DNA of 64,000 nucleotides from assembly GCA_043757045.1 (NCBI GenBank), contig JAYVQC010000135.1, positions 11 to 64,010 of the forward strand, written 5' to 3'. The DNA comes from Akkermansia sp. GTDB lineage: Bacteria > Verrucomicrobiota > Verrucomicrobiia > Limisphaerales > SIBH01. The notes under the pieces were generated by a model that worked only from the letters and a program-made list of their open reading frames with translations, made no database searches and was not told the DNA's origin. The position numbers were made by a program, and so were the translations under genes. This document shows, piece after piece, positions 54,174 to 63,800 of the stretch; position 1 is the first letter of the stretch, and the number at the start of each line of letters is the position of its first letter.

Positions 54174-54262
54174 GGCTCCTGTCCGATGAACCGTAGCAAA
54201 GATTCCGTTCTTTCGGCTGATTCCGGTTCGCCAGCGAATCACTGCCGATTGCGAGAACCGGG
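54174..54262. repeat. Conserved ~90-nt non-coding element, copy 1 (downstream of the metalloprotease gene)
   Basis: An ungapped alignment with 58221-58310 shares blocks tccgatgaaccgt.gc.aag.ttccgttc and atc.ctg.cgattg.gagaaccg. Confidence 0.75.
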
Positions 54263-54339
54263 CCCGTTCCGGTTGTTTGATCCCCCTGACAGCTAAAAAG
54301 AAAGAAGCGCCGCTTTGCAGTCTAAATCCCACTAATGGG

Positions 54340-57300
54340 TTACTGCACCAGAGACAGGACGATGCTTCCGCTCTCGGCATTGTAGCCGTCAACCGCGATT
54401 TGATAGACGGTTCCGGCGGTGGCGGAAAAGGTGATTTGGCTGCGCCCTGTGCCGGGAAAGTCATCGTTGTTCGCCACCAGAGTGAGCGCCGCCACGGAGT
54501 TTCCTGTGTAGATTGCGAGGAGCGTATCGAACGCACTCCCGCCCGTCGAAAAGGTGACTGGACCCGAGTTCGGTGCCTGCCAAGTCCACCAGACCGACTT
54601 GCCACCCGTGGCGGCCCAGTGGAATGGCTCTCCAGGTTCCATTGACGCTCCGACATTTGTATCGGTTGCGACGAGATTGGTTCCAACGAGCATAGTTCGA
54701 TTGGCAAACAGGTCGTTGAACGGTCCGGCGACCCACGGCCTAACGCGATAAAAACGCCTGGAGAAACTGCCGCTGGCCGAATCAACAGTCAGTAACGAGC
54801 CAATTGTCGGAACGGTATTGGTCTGAAGAGGCAGCCAGTTGACCAGATTCGATGATGCCTCAATGACGTAAATGTTTCCGCCCGGCCCGTTCAGAACAAA
54901 TCGGAACACGCCATTGCTGCGGGCCATCCCTGACAGTTGCGGGGTAGGCGCGAACGCGATTCTGCGGATGGTATCGTTGCCTTGGTCCGCAACATAAATG
55001 ACTCCCGCACTGTCGATGGCGATTCCCATGGGATAATGAAATCGCGCTTCGCTGGTTTTTCCGTCGTTCGAGCCGGGGCTTCCCGCAAGGCCAGCAAGCG
55101 TACTCACAACGCGATTGGGAGTAATCTTGCGAACAGTGTCATTGAAAAAGTCCGCCACATAAACATTATCAAAAGCATCTACCGCAACAGCGCCAGGAAA
55201 CTTAAACCTCGCATTGTTGCCGGTGCCATCGGCACTACCACTGATCCCTGCGAGACCTGCCAGAGTACTCACCAATCCTGCTGGCGTGACTTTCCGGATC
55301 GTATGGCTGCCTTGGTCAGCCACATAAATATTCCCGGTCGAGTCCAATGCTATACCCCTTGGATCGGAAAAGCGCGCGTTCCCGCCCTGGCCGTCTGCGT
55401 ACCCGCTGGCACCCGCCGACCCAGCTAAGGTATTCACCGCACCCGCTGGAGTGATCGTTCGAATTGTGTAATTCTGAGAATCTGCCACGAACACAGTACC
55501 GCTGCCGTGAACGGCAATACCCGAGGGATTGTAAAAGCGCGCGTTGGTACCCGTGCCATCTGTGCTCCCGATACTGGAAGCCAGTCCGGCAAGATGACTC
55601 GCCACTCCTTCCGGGGTAATTTTCCTGATAACGCCGTTGAAAGAATCCGCTACGAAGACGGTGCCGCTGCCGTCAACGGCGACGGCATGGGGATTGTTAA
55701 AGCGTGCATTGCTGCCAGATCCATTCGCATAACCCTCATTTAAGGCGAATCCCGCTAGGGTACTGACAACTCCCGCACGCGTGATCTTCCGGATAACTGA
55801 ATTGCCGGTGTCCGCTACGTACACGTTGCGAGCAGCGTCAACGGCGACGCCAAACGGTCCGGCAAATGCCGCAAGGTTACCTATCCCATCCGAATGGCTT
55901 CTGACTCCCACATTTCCAGCGAGGGTGGTGACCCCATAAGGCACAACGTTAAGACCGGCGGGCGGAGAGCTTATGATGCTGCCGGAAGGATTATTGATCA
56001 CACATCGGAATTGATCTCCATTCATTGATGCAGTCACGTCATTCAAAATCAATACGGCCGTACCCGCTCCGCTATAACTCTCTCCGTCGGTCAAGTTGCT
56101 CCACGCACCAGTTCCACCGATTTGGCGTTGCCACTGGTAAGTTGGGACCGGAATTCCGTCGGCCTTCACGAGGAAGGCAATACTCTGCCCAGGGGTCGCC
56201 GTCTGATTACCGGTCACTTTTACAATGCGTGGCTCGACGGGTCCAAAAGTAACTTGCACGTCGAGATATTCGTTGGGCGCAGCGCCACCTTGAGCAATCG
56301 GGCGGATGGTGATGTTGGCAGCATGATCAAATAATGTTGCGCCGATAGCTAATGCAGCATCCTGAGCGCTATTACCGGGGGTGGTCGCATCGATCAAATC
56401 GCTCCTCTGATTGGAATTGTAGCCCCAGATAATGTAGGCACCATTTTGCAGCGAAGAATTCTCAGTAAAGCTGCGGCGGTAGCCGATCCAGTAATTACGC
56501 GCGGCGTCCTTTGCTACCTTCAATGCCAGCACTCCACTCGCCCCCGGATCGTCAAATCGTTTAATGCGGTAGGTGCCGCTAGTTGCCACGGTTATCACCT
56601 GGTTGTCAAGCAGCCAGTTCAACCGATTCTTAAACCAAGGGTTGAAGTCAGTTCGACTGTCATCGGAGCCGTTGCGGCCCATTGTGTCGAAATCGTCTCC
56701 ATATTCTGTGCTCGAGCCGCCGGCACTGATGGAGTCATTGTCATTGACTTGCCAAAGATTCGCATGCCAGAGACCATAAGTGTGACCAAGTTCATGGGTG
56801 ACAACCCTGAAATCGAAGTAGCTATTAATCCATACTCTTCGTCCCCCGATCTCAGCACGGCCGGCATACCTGATGCGCGATCCGGGAATGCTGGATAGAC
56901 GGGAGAAGAGAATCATGACCCTGTCATAGTTGGTCACATTGTAGTTTGTTGCAGCAGCCGTTTCAGCGGCCATGTGCAATTCATAATCGGCACCATTAGT
57001 TGCGTAGTAACTTCCGGTTTTCGGCATCCGGTAGAGTTGAGTGGTGACAGTGTTGGTCAGGCTGGTGATGCCGTAGGAGCTTTGCTGGAAATAGGGACTA
57101 ATTTGGGTGTCGGCGAAGTCTTGAACATAGGACGCTGTGTAAATGCTTCGGGGATCGCCGGGAAAATCGGAAAAATCGATTCGAATGATTAGGACATTTT
57201 TGCCCCCTTCCGTGTAAAGGGATTTTGCGACGGCTTGCTCGCTGGCTCCATCAACCTCAATACGAGATTTTCCCATTTCCTCAAGCACCTTCACAGCCCT

Positions 57301-58062
57301 CCTCTCCGGGTTTGGGCCTATTCCGGCTTCAGCAGCTTCGAGTAGGGCTTCTGCCCGCCGCAGGTGTTCCAGAGAGGCAAAGCGGTAAGTTTTGCCGCCC
57401 ATCTCGGCAAGTGCCGTTGGGGAATCGCCGCGAGATTGTTCTGCAGCAGTTCTCAGTTCTACGAGCGGCTTCGTCGCAGCCGGCGAATCACCTGGTTCGA
57501 GTACCCGCAAAGCGTCCTCGGCCAAAGCCAAAACTCCGTCGAGAGTGACGCCGTGGAGGGGAATGCCGTATTTGGTGCATTGTCCAAAGCGCCTGCCGTA
57601 CACATGAGCACGGTAAGTTTGGCCGTCCAGCCGCACAAACCTCTCGATTGGTTCAACTAGCGGGCCTTCTTTCGCCGGGAGCCCACCGAGAACAGAAAAA
57701 TCACCAATGCCGGAGACACGGACTTCCAACTCATTTACGACCTCAGCGGGCAACTGTTGTCTGATTGAGGCAGGAGTAGATAAAGCCAATGCCTGCGCGG
57801 GATTAGCTTTGATGAGTTCTCGAAAACTGGAGCGCCGTTGTTTCGCGAGCGTAACACCTTCGGAGAGCATCTGCGTTTTGGCACTTGCGTCAGGCAAAAC
57901 CCCGTATCGGTGTGACCAAGAGTTGAAGGCTGCTATTGCAGCCAAGTCTGGCTGTTCGTTCGTTGCCGCAGCATAGATAAATTCTCCATGCAACATTGCT
58001 ATCAACGCCAGGATGCGAAGAAGTTGTTTGGACCAACTCAAATTTAGTGGCTTCATATCCAT
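54340..58062 (-). CDS. Giant secreted metzincin-type zinc metalloprotease with Ig-like domain, ~6 NHL repeats and C-terminal sorting/pre-peptidase-like modules
   Basis: 1240 aa with a signal peptide. 'VVTHELGHTYGLWHA' is HExxHxxGxxH. The Ig-like domain is 'YQWQRQ...GDQFRCVINN'. Repeated 'G.AVD..GN.YVAD..N..IRKIT' NHL units. '...SSNLVNWLPL...RRFYRV'. Confidence 0.85.
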   Translation of the reverse strand: MDMKPLNLSWSKQLLRILALIAMLHGEFIYAAATNEQPDLAAIAAFNSWSHRYGVLPDASAKTQMLSEGVTLAKQRRSSFRELIKANPAQALALSTPASIRQQLPAEVVNELEVRVSGIGDFSVLGGLPAKEGPLVEPIERFVRLDGQTYRAHVYGRRFGQCTKYGIPLHGVTLDGVLALAEDALRVLEPGDSPAATKPLVELRTAAEQSRGDSPTALAEMGGKTYRFASLEHLRRAEALLEAAEAGIGPNPERRAVKVLEEMGKSRIEVDGASEQAVAKSLYTEGGKNVLIIRIDFSDFPGDPRSIYTASYVQDFADTQISPYFQQSSYGITSLTNTVTTQLYRMPKTGSYYATNGADYELHMAAETAAATNYNVTNYDRVMILFSRLSSIPGSRIRYAGRAEIGGRRVWINSYFDFRVVTHELGHTYGLWHANLWQVNDNDSISAGGSSTEYGDDFDTMGRNGSDDSRTDFNPWFKNRLNWLLDNQVITVATSGTYRIKRFDDPGASGVLALKVAKDAARNYWIGYRRSFTENSSLQNGAYIIWGYNSNQRSDLIDATTPGNSAQDAALAIGATLFDHAANITIRPIAQGGAAPNEYLDVQVTFGPVEPRIVKVTGNQTATPGQSIAFLVKADGIPVPTYQWQRQIGGTGAWSNLTDGESYSGAGTAVLILNDVTASMNGDQFRCVINNPSGSIISSPPAGLNVVPYGVTTLAGNVGVRSHSDGIGNLAAFAGPFGVAVDAARNVYVADTGNSVIRKITRAGVVSTLAGFALNEGYANGSGSNARFNNPHAVAVDGSGTVFVADSFNGVIRKITPEGVASHLAGLASSIGSTDGTGTNARFYNPSGIAVHGSGTVFVADSQNYTIRTITPAGAVNTLAGSAGASGYADGQGGNARFSDPRGIALDSTGNIYVADQGSHTIRKVTPAGLVSTLAGLAGISGSADGTGNNARFKFPGAVAVDAFDNVYVADFFNDTVRKITPNRVVSTLAGLAGSPGSNDGKTSEARFHYPMGIAIDSAGVIYVADQGNDTIRRIAFAPTPQLSGMARSNGVFRFVLNGPGGNIYVIEASSNLVNWLPLQTNTVPTIGSLLTVDSASGSFSRRFYRVRPWVAGPFNDLFANRTMLVGTNLVATDTNVGASMEPGEPFHWAATGGKSVWWTWQAPNSGPVTFSTGGSAFDTLLAIYTGNSVAALTLVANNDDFPGTGRSQITFSATAGTVYQIAVDGYNAESGSIVLSLVQ

Positions 58063-58220
58063 CGTTCTGCTTGTTCTTCACTCAAATTTGACCATCACGC
58101 CCGGTTGCCGCTGCCGGCATCGCGGCTCCCCACCCGGCTGTCGGACGCGTAGCCGGTGCTCGCTGTACCTGTTTCCCACCAAGCTCATTGTACCCGGAGA
58201 CTGGCCGGAGCGTGTATTTC

Positions 58221-58310
58221 AGCTCCGGTCCGATGAACCGTGGCGAAGTTTCCGTTCAGTTGTTTCCTGACGGTGGACACCAAATCGCTGTCGATTGTGA
58301 GAACCGACCT
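58221..58310. repeat. Conserved ~90-nt non-coding element, copy 2 (downstream of the Ig-repeat gene, upstream of the metalloprotease gene)
   Basis: See 54174-54262. It is preceded by the hairpin ccggagcGTGTATTTCAgctccgg (58205-58228). Confidence 0.75.
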
Positions 58311-58361
58311 CCTTCAGGAGCAGACCACCGGCTGCCTGCCAGGCCGCAATTCAAACCAATA

Positions 58362-59555
58362 TCATTGCGCTGTTACATTCGCACTGACGCTCGTTGCGGC
58401 TCCGAAAGAGTTGGTGACCACCGCGAAGTAATTCCCATTGTCGCTGATCTGGAAATTGGAAATGGCAAGGTTCGCGGTGGTAGCTCCACTTATTCGCCCA
58501 CCGTTATTCAGGACTCCAGACGGCCCGTTCCAGCGATAAACCAAAGTCGGTGTCCCATTGGCCACGACTTGCAGGTTTACCGTTTGTCCCGCGTTGACCG
58601 TTTGGGATAAAGGGTCCGTGGTGATTCGCGGCGCAATCCCCGGTTGGACAACCACCTTGGCAATCGCACTGGTTGCGGCACCGAAGGCATTGGACACCAC
58701 CATGTAATAGCCGCCGTCATCTGCGAGTTGAAGATTTGAGATTGTAAGATTTAAAGACTCGCTTCCGCTCACACGCCCCCCATCGCTCAAAACTCCTGCA
58801 GGACCGAACCACTTGAAGCGCAAAGTGGCCGCTCCACTAGCGGAAGAAGTCAGAGCTAAATTCTGTTTCTCGGTAAGAGTCTGGCCTTGGGGGTCGATCA
58901 AAATTCGAGGGGCTTGGCTCAATGTAATTCGCACTCCAGCGGGAATGCTCGACGTGTTCCCATACTGATTCGTCACAGTCGCCCAGTAATTCCCCTCATT
59001 GCCAGGATCCACGTTTACAATGACGAGATTGGGGGTCGTACAGCCGCTAATCTGGCCACCGTTTGATAATATTCCATCAGGCCCATACCACTGATAACTA
59101 AGCGGAAGCATGCCGGTCGCCAACACATCTAGTTGAACGGTTTCCCCTGCATACGGGTCTTTGGAAAGCGGTTCGCCGCGAATCCAAGGACGCGGGTCAG
59201 CGGAGACGCGATAAAATCGTGCAGAAATATTCCCAGCAGTATTGGAAAATACTTGCGCAGCGCCGGTACCAGGGAAATTTGTAAATAACGACCATGAACC
59301 AGTTCCCACTCGGCTTCTGAATTGCGCTATATAATTCACACCGGCCTGCGTCGGTATCTGCATCTTCAGAGACCGCGTATTACTTGTTTGGATAAACGAC
59401 AAATTTTGGATTACAGGTGGAGTCACCTGTGCGGAACAAGTCGACAAAATTATAGAGAACAACATTAATATGATGTTGAGCCTCGCAAATTGAGAAATGC
59501 TCTCTCTAGTAGAATTGACTAGCGCGCTAATATTTTCCTTCAATATTTGTTTCAT
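58362..59555 (-). CDS. Secreted protein with three immunoglobulin (I-set-like) domains
   Basis: 397 aa with an N-terminal hydrophobic anchor. The pattern 'Y.W.GP.G.L..GGR.SG..T..L.I.N....D.G.Y..VV.N..G...S' is repeated three times. Confidence 0.8.
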   Translation of the reverse strand: MKQILKENISALVNSTRESISQFARLNIILMLFSIILSTCSAQVTPPVIQNLSFIQTSNTRSLKMQIPTQAGVNYIAQFRSRVGTGSWSLFTNFPGTGAAQVFSNTAGNISARFYRVSADPRPWIRGEPLSKDPYAGETVQLDVLATGMLPLSYQWYGPDGILSNGGQISGCTTPNLVIVNVDPGNEGNYWATVTNQYGNTSSIPAGVRITLSQAPRILIDPQGQTLTEKQNLALTSSASGAATLRFKWFGPAGVLSDGGRVSGSESLNLTISNLQLADDGGYYMVVSNAFGAATSAIAKVVVQPGIAPRITTDPLSQTVNAGQTVNLQVVANGTPTLVYRWNGPSGVLNNGGRISGATTANLAISNFQISDNGNYFAVVTNSFGAATSVSANVTAQ

Positions 59556-59591
59556 AATGAATTCAAAAAACTCCGGGCAATAAACCTTGAA

Positions 59592-60803
59592 TTACCGCTT
59601 GCGATTCCCCTGACCGAGAGCAACTGCATTTCGGATCGTGTCACTACTAAACGGTTGGTTTAGAGTGGCGGCAACTAGCTCAAAAGAGGCGGTATCTCTC
59701 AATTTGCCAAACCATTGCTCGGCCCAAGCCGCATCTTGGTCTGTTGCGCTCACTGCCCATTGCAGCAAGACCTGAGTTGCTTCCCCTCTTCCCATTGCAG
59801 CCAAAGCCAGTCCGCAGACATATTGATTAACCTCACTTGAATTTGCGTTGAGGAGTCCGGTGGACAAGATTGCAATCGCGTTGGGATTTCTAACTTTTGC
59901 AAGTGCAAGAAACGCCGCCTGGCCTTTCGCATCTTTCAAATCATACAAACCTTCTACCGTCGGTGCCGCACGAAGAACCTCATTGATTAACAGCTGAACT
60001 CCGGCCGCTGTTCCCACCTTGGCCAATCCAAGGGCTGCAGCTTGCGCAAGTTGAGGATCATTCCTGGCGAGTGACCAAGCGCTTTCCAAGGACGGTGATA
60101 AATCTTCCCGAAACTGCCCTGCCACACGGTCATCCCCCGTTCTCGCGATTTGTTTGCCAAGAATCTCTCGAAGTGAAGCATCAGTCGTCTGGTGATATTC
60201 TCCCAAAAGTAACTGAACCGCGACCGGCCTTTGCACTGAGCCCAGCATCGAAGCAATTTCACCTTTGACGGAGCGCGGTAACGATTCATTTCTGAGCATA
60301 GCACTCAGTTTTTGATAGACTGCTTCATTTGAATTCTCTCGGCCGGAATGAAGTGCAAGAGTCAGTGCCATTATTATTAAAGTTTTTTCTTCGGCGGTCA
60401 CTGCCACGATTGCCCTTTCGCCCCATAGGGTTTCAAGTTTGGACAATAGCTCCCCTGCCGACCTTTTCTGGAGGAGTTGTGCTAATTCTCTTCTTTCATT
60501 CAATTTTTCTCTCCATTCTTCCATCGGGGCTGCGTTGCTTTTAAGCACTAGCTCCTCACTTTTTTGCGCCTGCGGTATAACGGGCATTTCAGACTGTAAG
60601 TTTGTGCCAAGTGAAGATTGATTGATTGCGTTTTGGCTTGCGGCACTTTTACTGGGATACAATTCTCCACTAACCGCTGACACTGATGATGTTTTGCCTG
60701 GTTGTTGCTCTGGGCTACCCCACCAGAAGAAAAGTCCAACAATAACAGCTGTCAGCAGAACTGCCATCATCGACTTCGACCAAGTTGGGAGAAGTTGTTT
60801 CAT
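59592..60803 (-). CDS. Membrane-anchored alpha-helical (HEAT/ARM-like) repeat protein
   Basis: ORF 59592..60812 (TTG). The ATG at 60803 overlaps the upstream stop (ATGA). TM segment 'MMAVLLTAVIVGLFFWW'. The rest is Leu/Ala-rich helical repeats. The HEAT call is tentative. Confidence 0.65.
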   Translation of the reverse strand: MKQLLPTWSKSMMAVLLTAVIVGLFFWWGSPEQQPGKTSSVSAVSGELYPSKSAASQNAINQSSLGTNLQSEMPVIPQAQKSEELVLKSNAAPMEEWREKLNERRELAQLLQKRSAGELLSKLETLWGERAIVAVTAEEKTLIIMALTLALHSGRENSNEAVYQKLSAMLRNESLPRSVKGEIASMLGSVQRPVAVQLLLGEYHQTTDASLREILGKQIARTGDDRVAGQFREDLSPSLESAWSLARNDPQLAQAAALGLAKVGTAAGVQLLINEVLRAAPTVEGLYDLKDAKGQAAFLALAKVRNPNAIAILSTGLLNANSSEVNQYVCGLALAAMGRGEATQVLLQWAVSATDQDAAWAEQWFGKLRDTASFELVAATLNQPFSSDTIRNAVALGQGNRKR

Positions 60804-63800
60804 TCCCACCAATTGATGAGCGGTGCACGCAGAGCATCGGTTATGTGAGCTTCTTGGCTCGATTCTTCACGATGATAGATGCCACCGGTGTATGTTAGCG
60901 GAGCCAGCTTGATTGCAGGAAACCCTGAGATATCATCGTAGCGCTGGCTCGTGACGGGGACAGTTCCATCGCCTGGATAATCGACTGAATCGCTTCCAGA
61001 ACCAAGCATGTAGTCCTCCGCCTGTGAACTGACCTGTTCACCAACGGTTCCATCGCTGGGGAAAATGGAATAAGCGATACCGAATACGATAGTGTGCCGT
61101 TTTAAGTAGCCCAAGTTCAGGCCGGTGTAGGTAATTGCCCTGTAGCTGATATTACTTGGTAAATTGCCAATTGAGGCGTTTAGAGATCCAATCTCGCTTG
61201 GGGCGGGAGTATTAGCAAGGTCGTCAATTGTAGGTCGACGCACGTCCAACTCGCTCTCGGATAAAATCTGTTTGGCCACCTGCCAATCATCATTCCAGTA
61301 TTTTCCACTAGCAGTGGATCGGGGATGACTGCTTAAATACGAATAGATTTTGCCTAAAGGACTACCTTTGTGCGGGGTTCCTGTAGTTAGAAGTGCAACG
61401 ACGCTAGATTTTTCTGGGCTTGCCGCAGATTCTTGCAAAAATGCACGAGCAGCGAGGCCACCCCTACTGTGTCCTAATAATGTTATTTGAGCCCCTGGAT
61501 AAACGCTCAAAACATAATTAACCGCTTCCTTGACTTCTCGCCCGAGTGTGGCGAAATCAGAGAAATCTCCTTTATCTGTTTTCACAACGCCAGTGGCAAC
61601 AATGTTTTCCGCTGCGATTCCAGGCCTTCCTAACGTTGCGTCGTAAAAACCAAACCGGACGCGATAACAGACAACGCCATGTGAATCTGGAGTGGGACTC
61701 CCACTATCTCCCTCCCATAATCCACCGCAGATGATCGGTGCGCTTGGTGCAGAACCGTTAAATCGGTTTTCAAGATACTCTTGCCAAGTGCCAGGATCGG
61801 AATTCATTCCATGAAGAAGCACCAGCACTCTTTGCGAAGTTTTATAGGCAAACGTCTTCTGGTTGTTTCCCTCATCGCTTTCCGTTGATGCGCACCTACT
61901 ATCAATAAAGGCTCGAAATGTATTATTTCCCGAAGGGCCAGCGACGAGATTTGCAACTGTGATTATTTTGATCTCATTCGGTGCAAGGGTTCCAACCGCA
62001 ATCGGGATACCAGCTTCGGCGCAGACGGCGGCAGGCGGTTTGTTCGCCCAAACATCGAGCCACCCCGCATTGCCTGAAACGCCCAGATTCTTGACTGTCA
62101 CGTAAGCGCTAAACTTAGCGCCCGGCTTCAAACTGCTTGGGTTGATGGTGATTGAGGTGATCGTGAAGTCCGGTTGTGCAACCGGATTGATTCCGTAACT
62201 GGCAGTCAGTTGATTGTCGCCATCATCTTTTTCAAGAGTTTGGCAAGTGCTGTCCACAAAAGCCCGAAACGTCCACGGACTGCCGCTAGATGGAGCGGTG
62301 AGGTTGTAAGTTAGCGTTTTGGTCTGGTTTAATAAAAGTGTGCCCACAGATTGAGATTGGCCTCCGGGAGCACCGCATGATTGAGGGGAGGGCTGATTCA
62401 GCCACACGTCCAAATACTTGCCGTCGCCAGAGACGTCACCTTGGTTCTTCACGGTGACGGAAGCTGTGAAGGGCTGCCCGCCCACTGGCTGCGCAGGATT
62501 AAATGTGATCGCCGTCACCACAAAGTTGGGCAACGGTTGTGCTACTGAGCCCACTGTGTAGGCGAATGTGGCTTGATTGTTCGCGTCACTGGTTTCGGCC
62601 GTCTGGCAATAGCTGTCCACAAACGCGCGGATCGTGTATGTTCCGGCGCTCCCCGGGGCAGTCAGATTTAGTGTGAATGTTTTGCTTTGGAGATATGTGA
62701 ACGTGCCGACAGCCGCCCAAGTATTTCCATCCGTCCCGCAGGTCTGTACCGAGGGCTGATTCGCCCACACGTCAAGCCATTTGCCGTCTCCCGAACCGGT
62801 GCCTTGATTTCTCACGGTGACATTCGCCGTGAAAGTCTGGCCCGGCTGCGGAGAAGCAGGATTAAGCGTGATGGAGGTTATATGGAAATCAGGCATTGCC
62901 GACCCGCCGATGTTGATTGTCTTCGTGTAAGAATTATCCACCTCACTGCTTTCGCCAATGGCTCCGGTTGAGTCGGCTGTAATCGTAATTGTGTGCTGAC
63001 CAGAACTAAGCGAGCCAAGATTGTAGTCAAAAACCGGAACGTAGTAATTCGCGCTCAACGAGGGCACTGACCATGATTGTCTAACGACTCCGTCCACAGC
63101 TAATGAAACAGAAAAGGCAGAGGCCCCCGCTGTTCCAAAATTTACCACTGCCCAATCCACGTAAAGTGTGTCTGCAGCCGTTAATGAAGTGCTGTCGGTG
63201 TTGTTCCCCGGTGCCCGCGAAACCACTATCTTGTCTGACCAATTTGGGGGCAGGTATGGCGTCAAGTTGGGCAAGTTTTGCAACGAAGCAGATGCTTCGT
63301 TGGAGTAATTTGGCGACGGCCCGGCCGCATTGTAAGCATAAATCCGGTAGTAGTACGTGTTGCCGGCAACCACGCCCGTGTCTGTGTAGCCCGTGACGTT
63401 CGCCCCGACGGTCGTGTACAACCCCCACGTTCCGCCCGCGCCAGTCTTCCGCTCAATCTGGAAACCTTGCTCGTTGTTCGCGTTGTCCTGCCATGCCAGC
63501 ACAATCGAACTCGTCCCGCCCGAAGCCGTCAGCGAGGTGGGGGTAGCCGGGACACCATCTGATGTTTGGAACGTTTCTACGTTGACAACATTTACATCCG
63601 ACCAGCCGACTGAATTGCGTGCCCAGACGCGATATTTGTAGCTGCTATTGGGAAGAAAACCTGTCAACGAAAGGCTGAAATTATTCCCAGAGACGTTGAA
63701 CGCGGTGCTAGCGTCGCTGAAAAACCCATAGTCAACCCCGGCTGTTCCCGTGCCCCAGCTCCCTGTGCTCCTGGCCCATTCAATACGGCGTTCAAGAATG

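Noticed and set aside
53775..54785. 336-aa minus-strand ORF spanning the island border
   Set aside because: It runs through intergenic DNA, the DUF5989-like gene (antisense) and the 3' end of the metalloprotease gene in another frame. It has no protein-like features.
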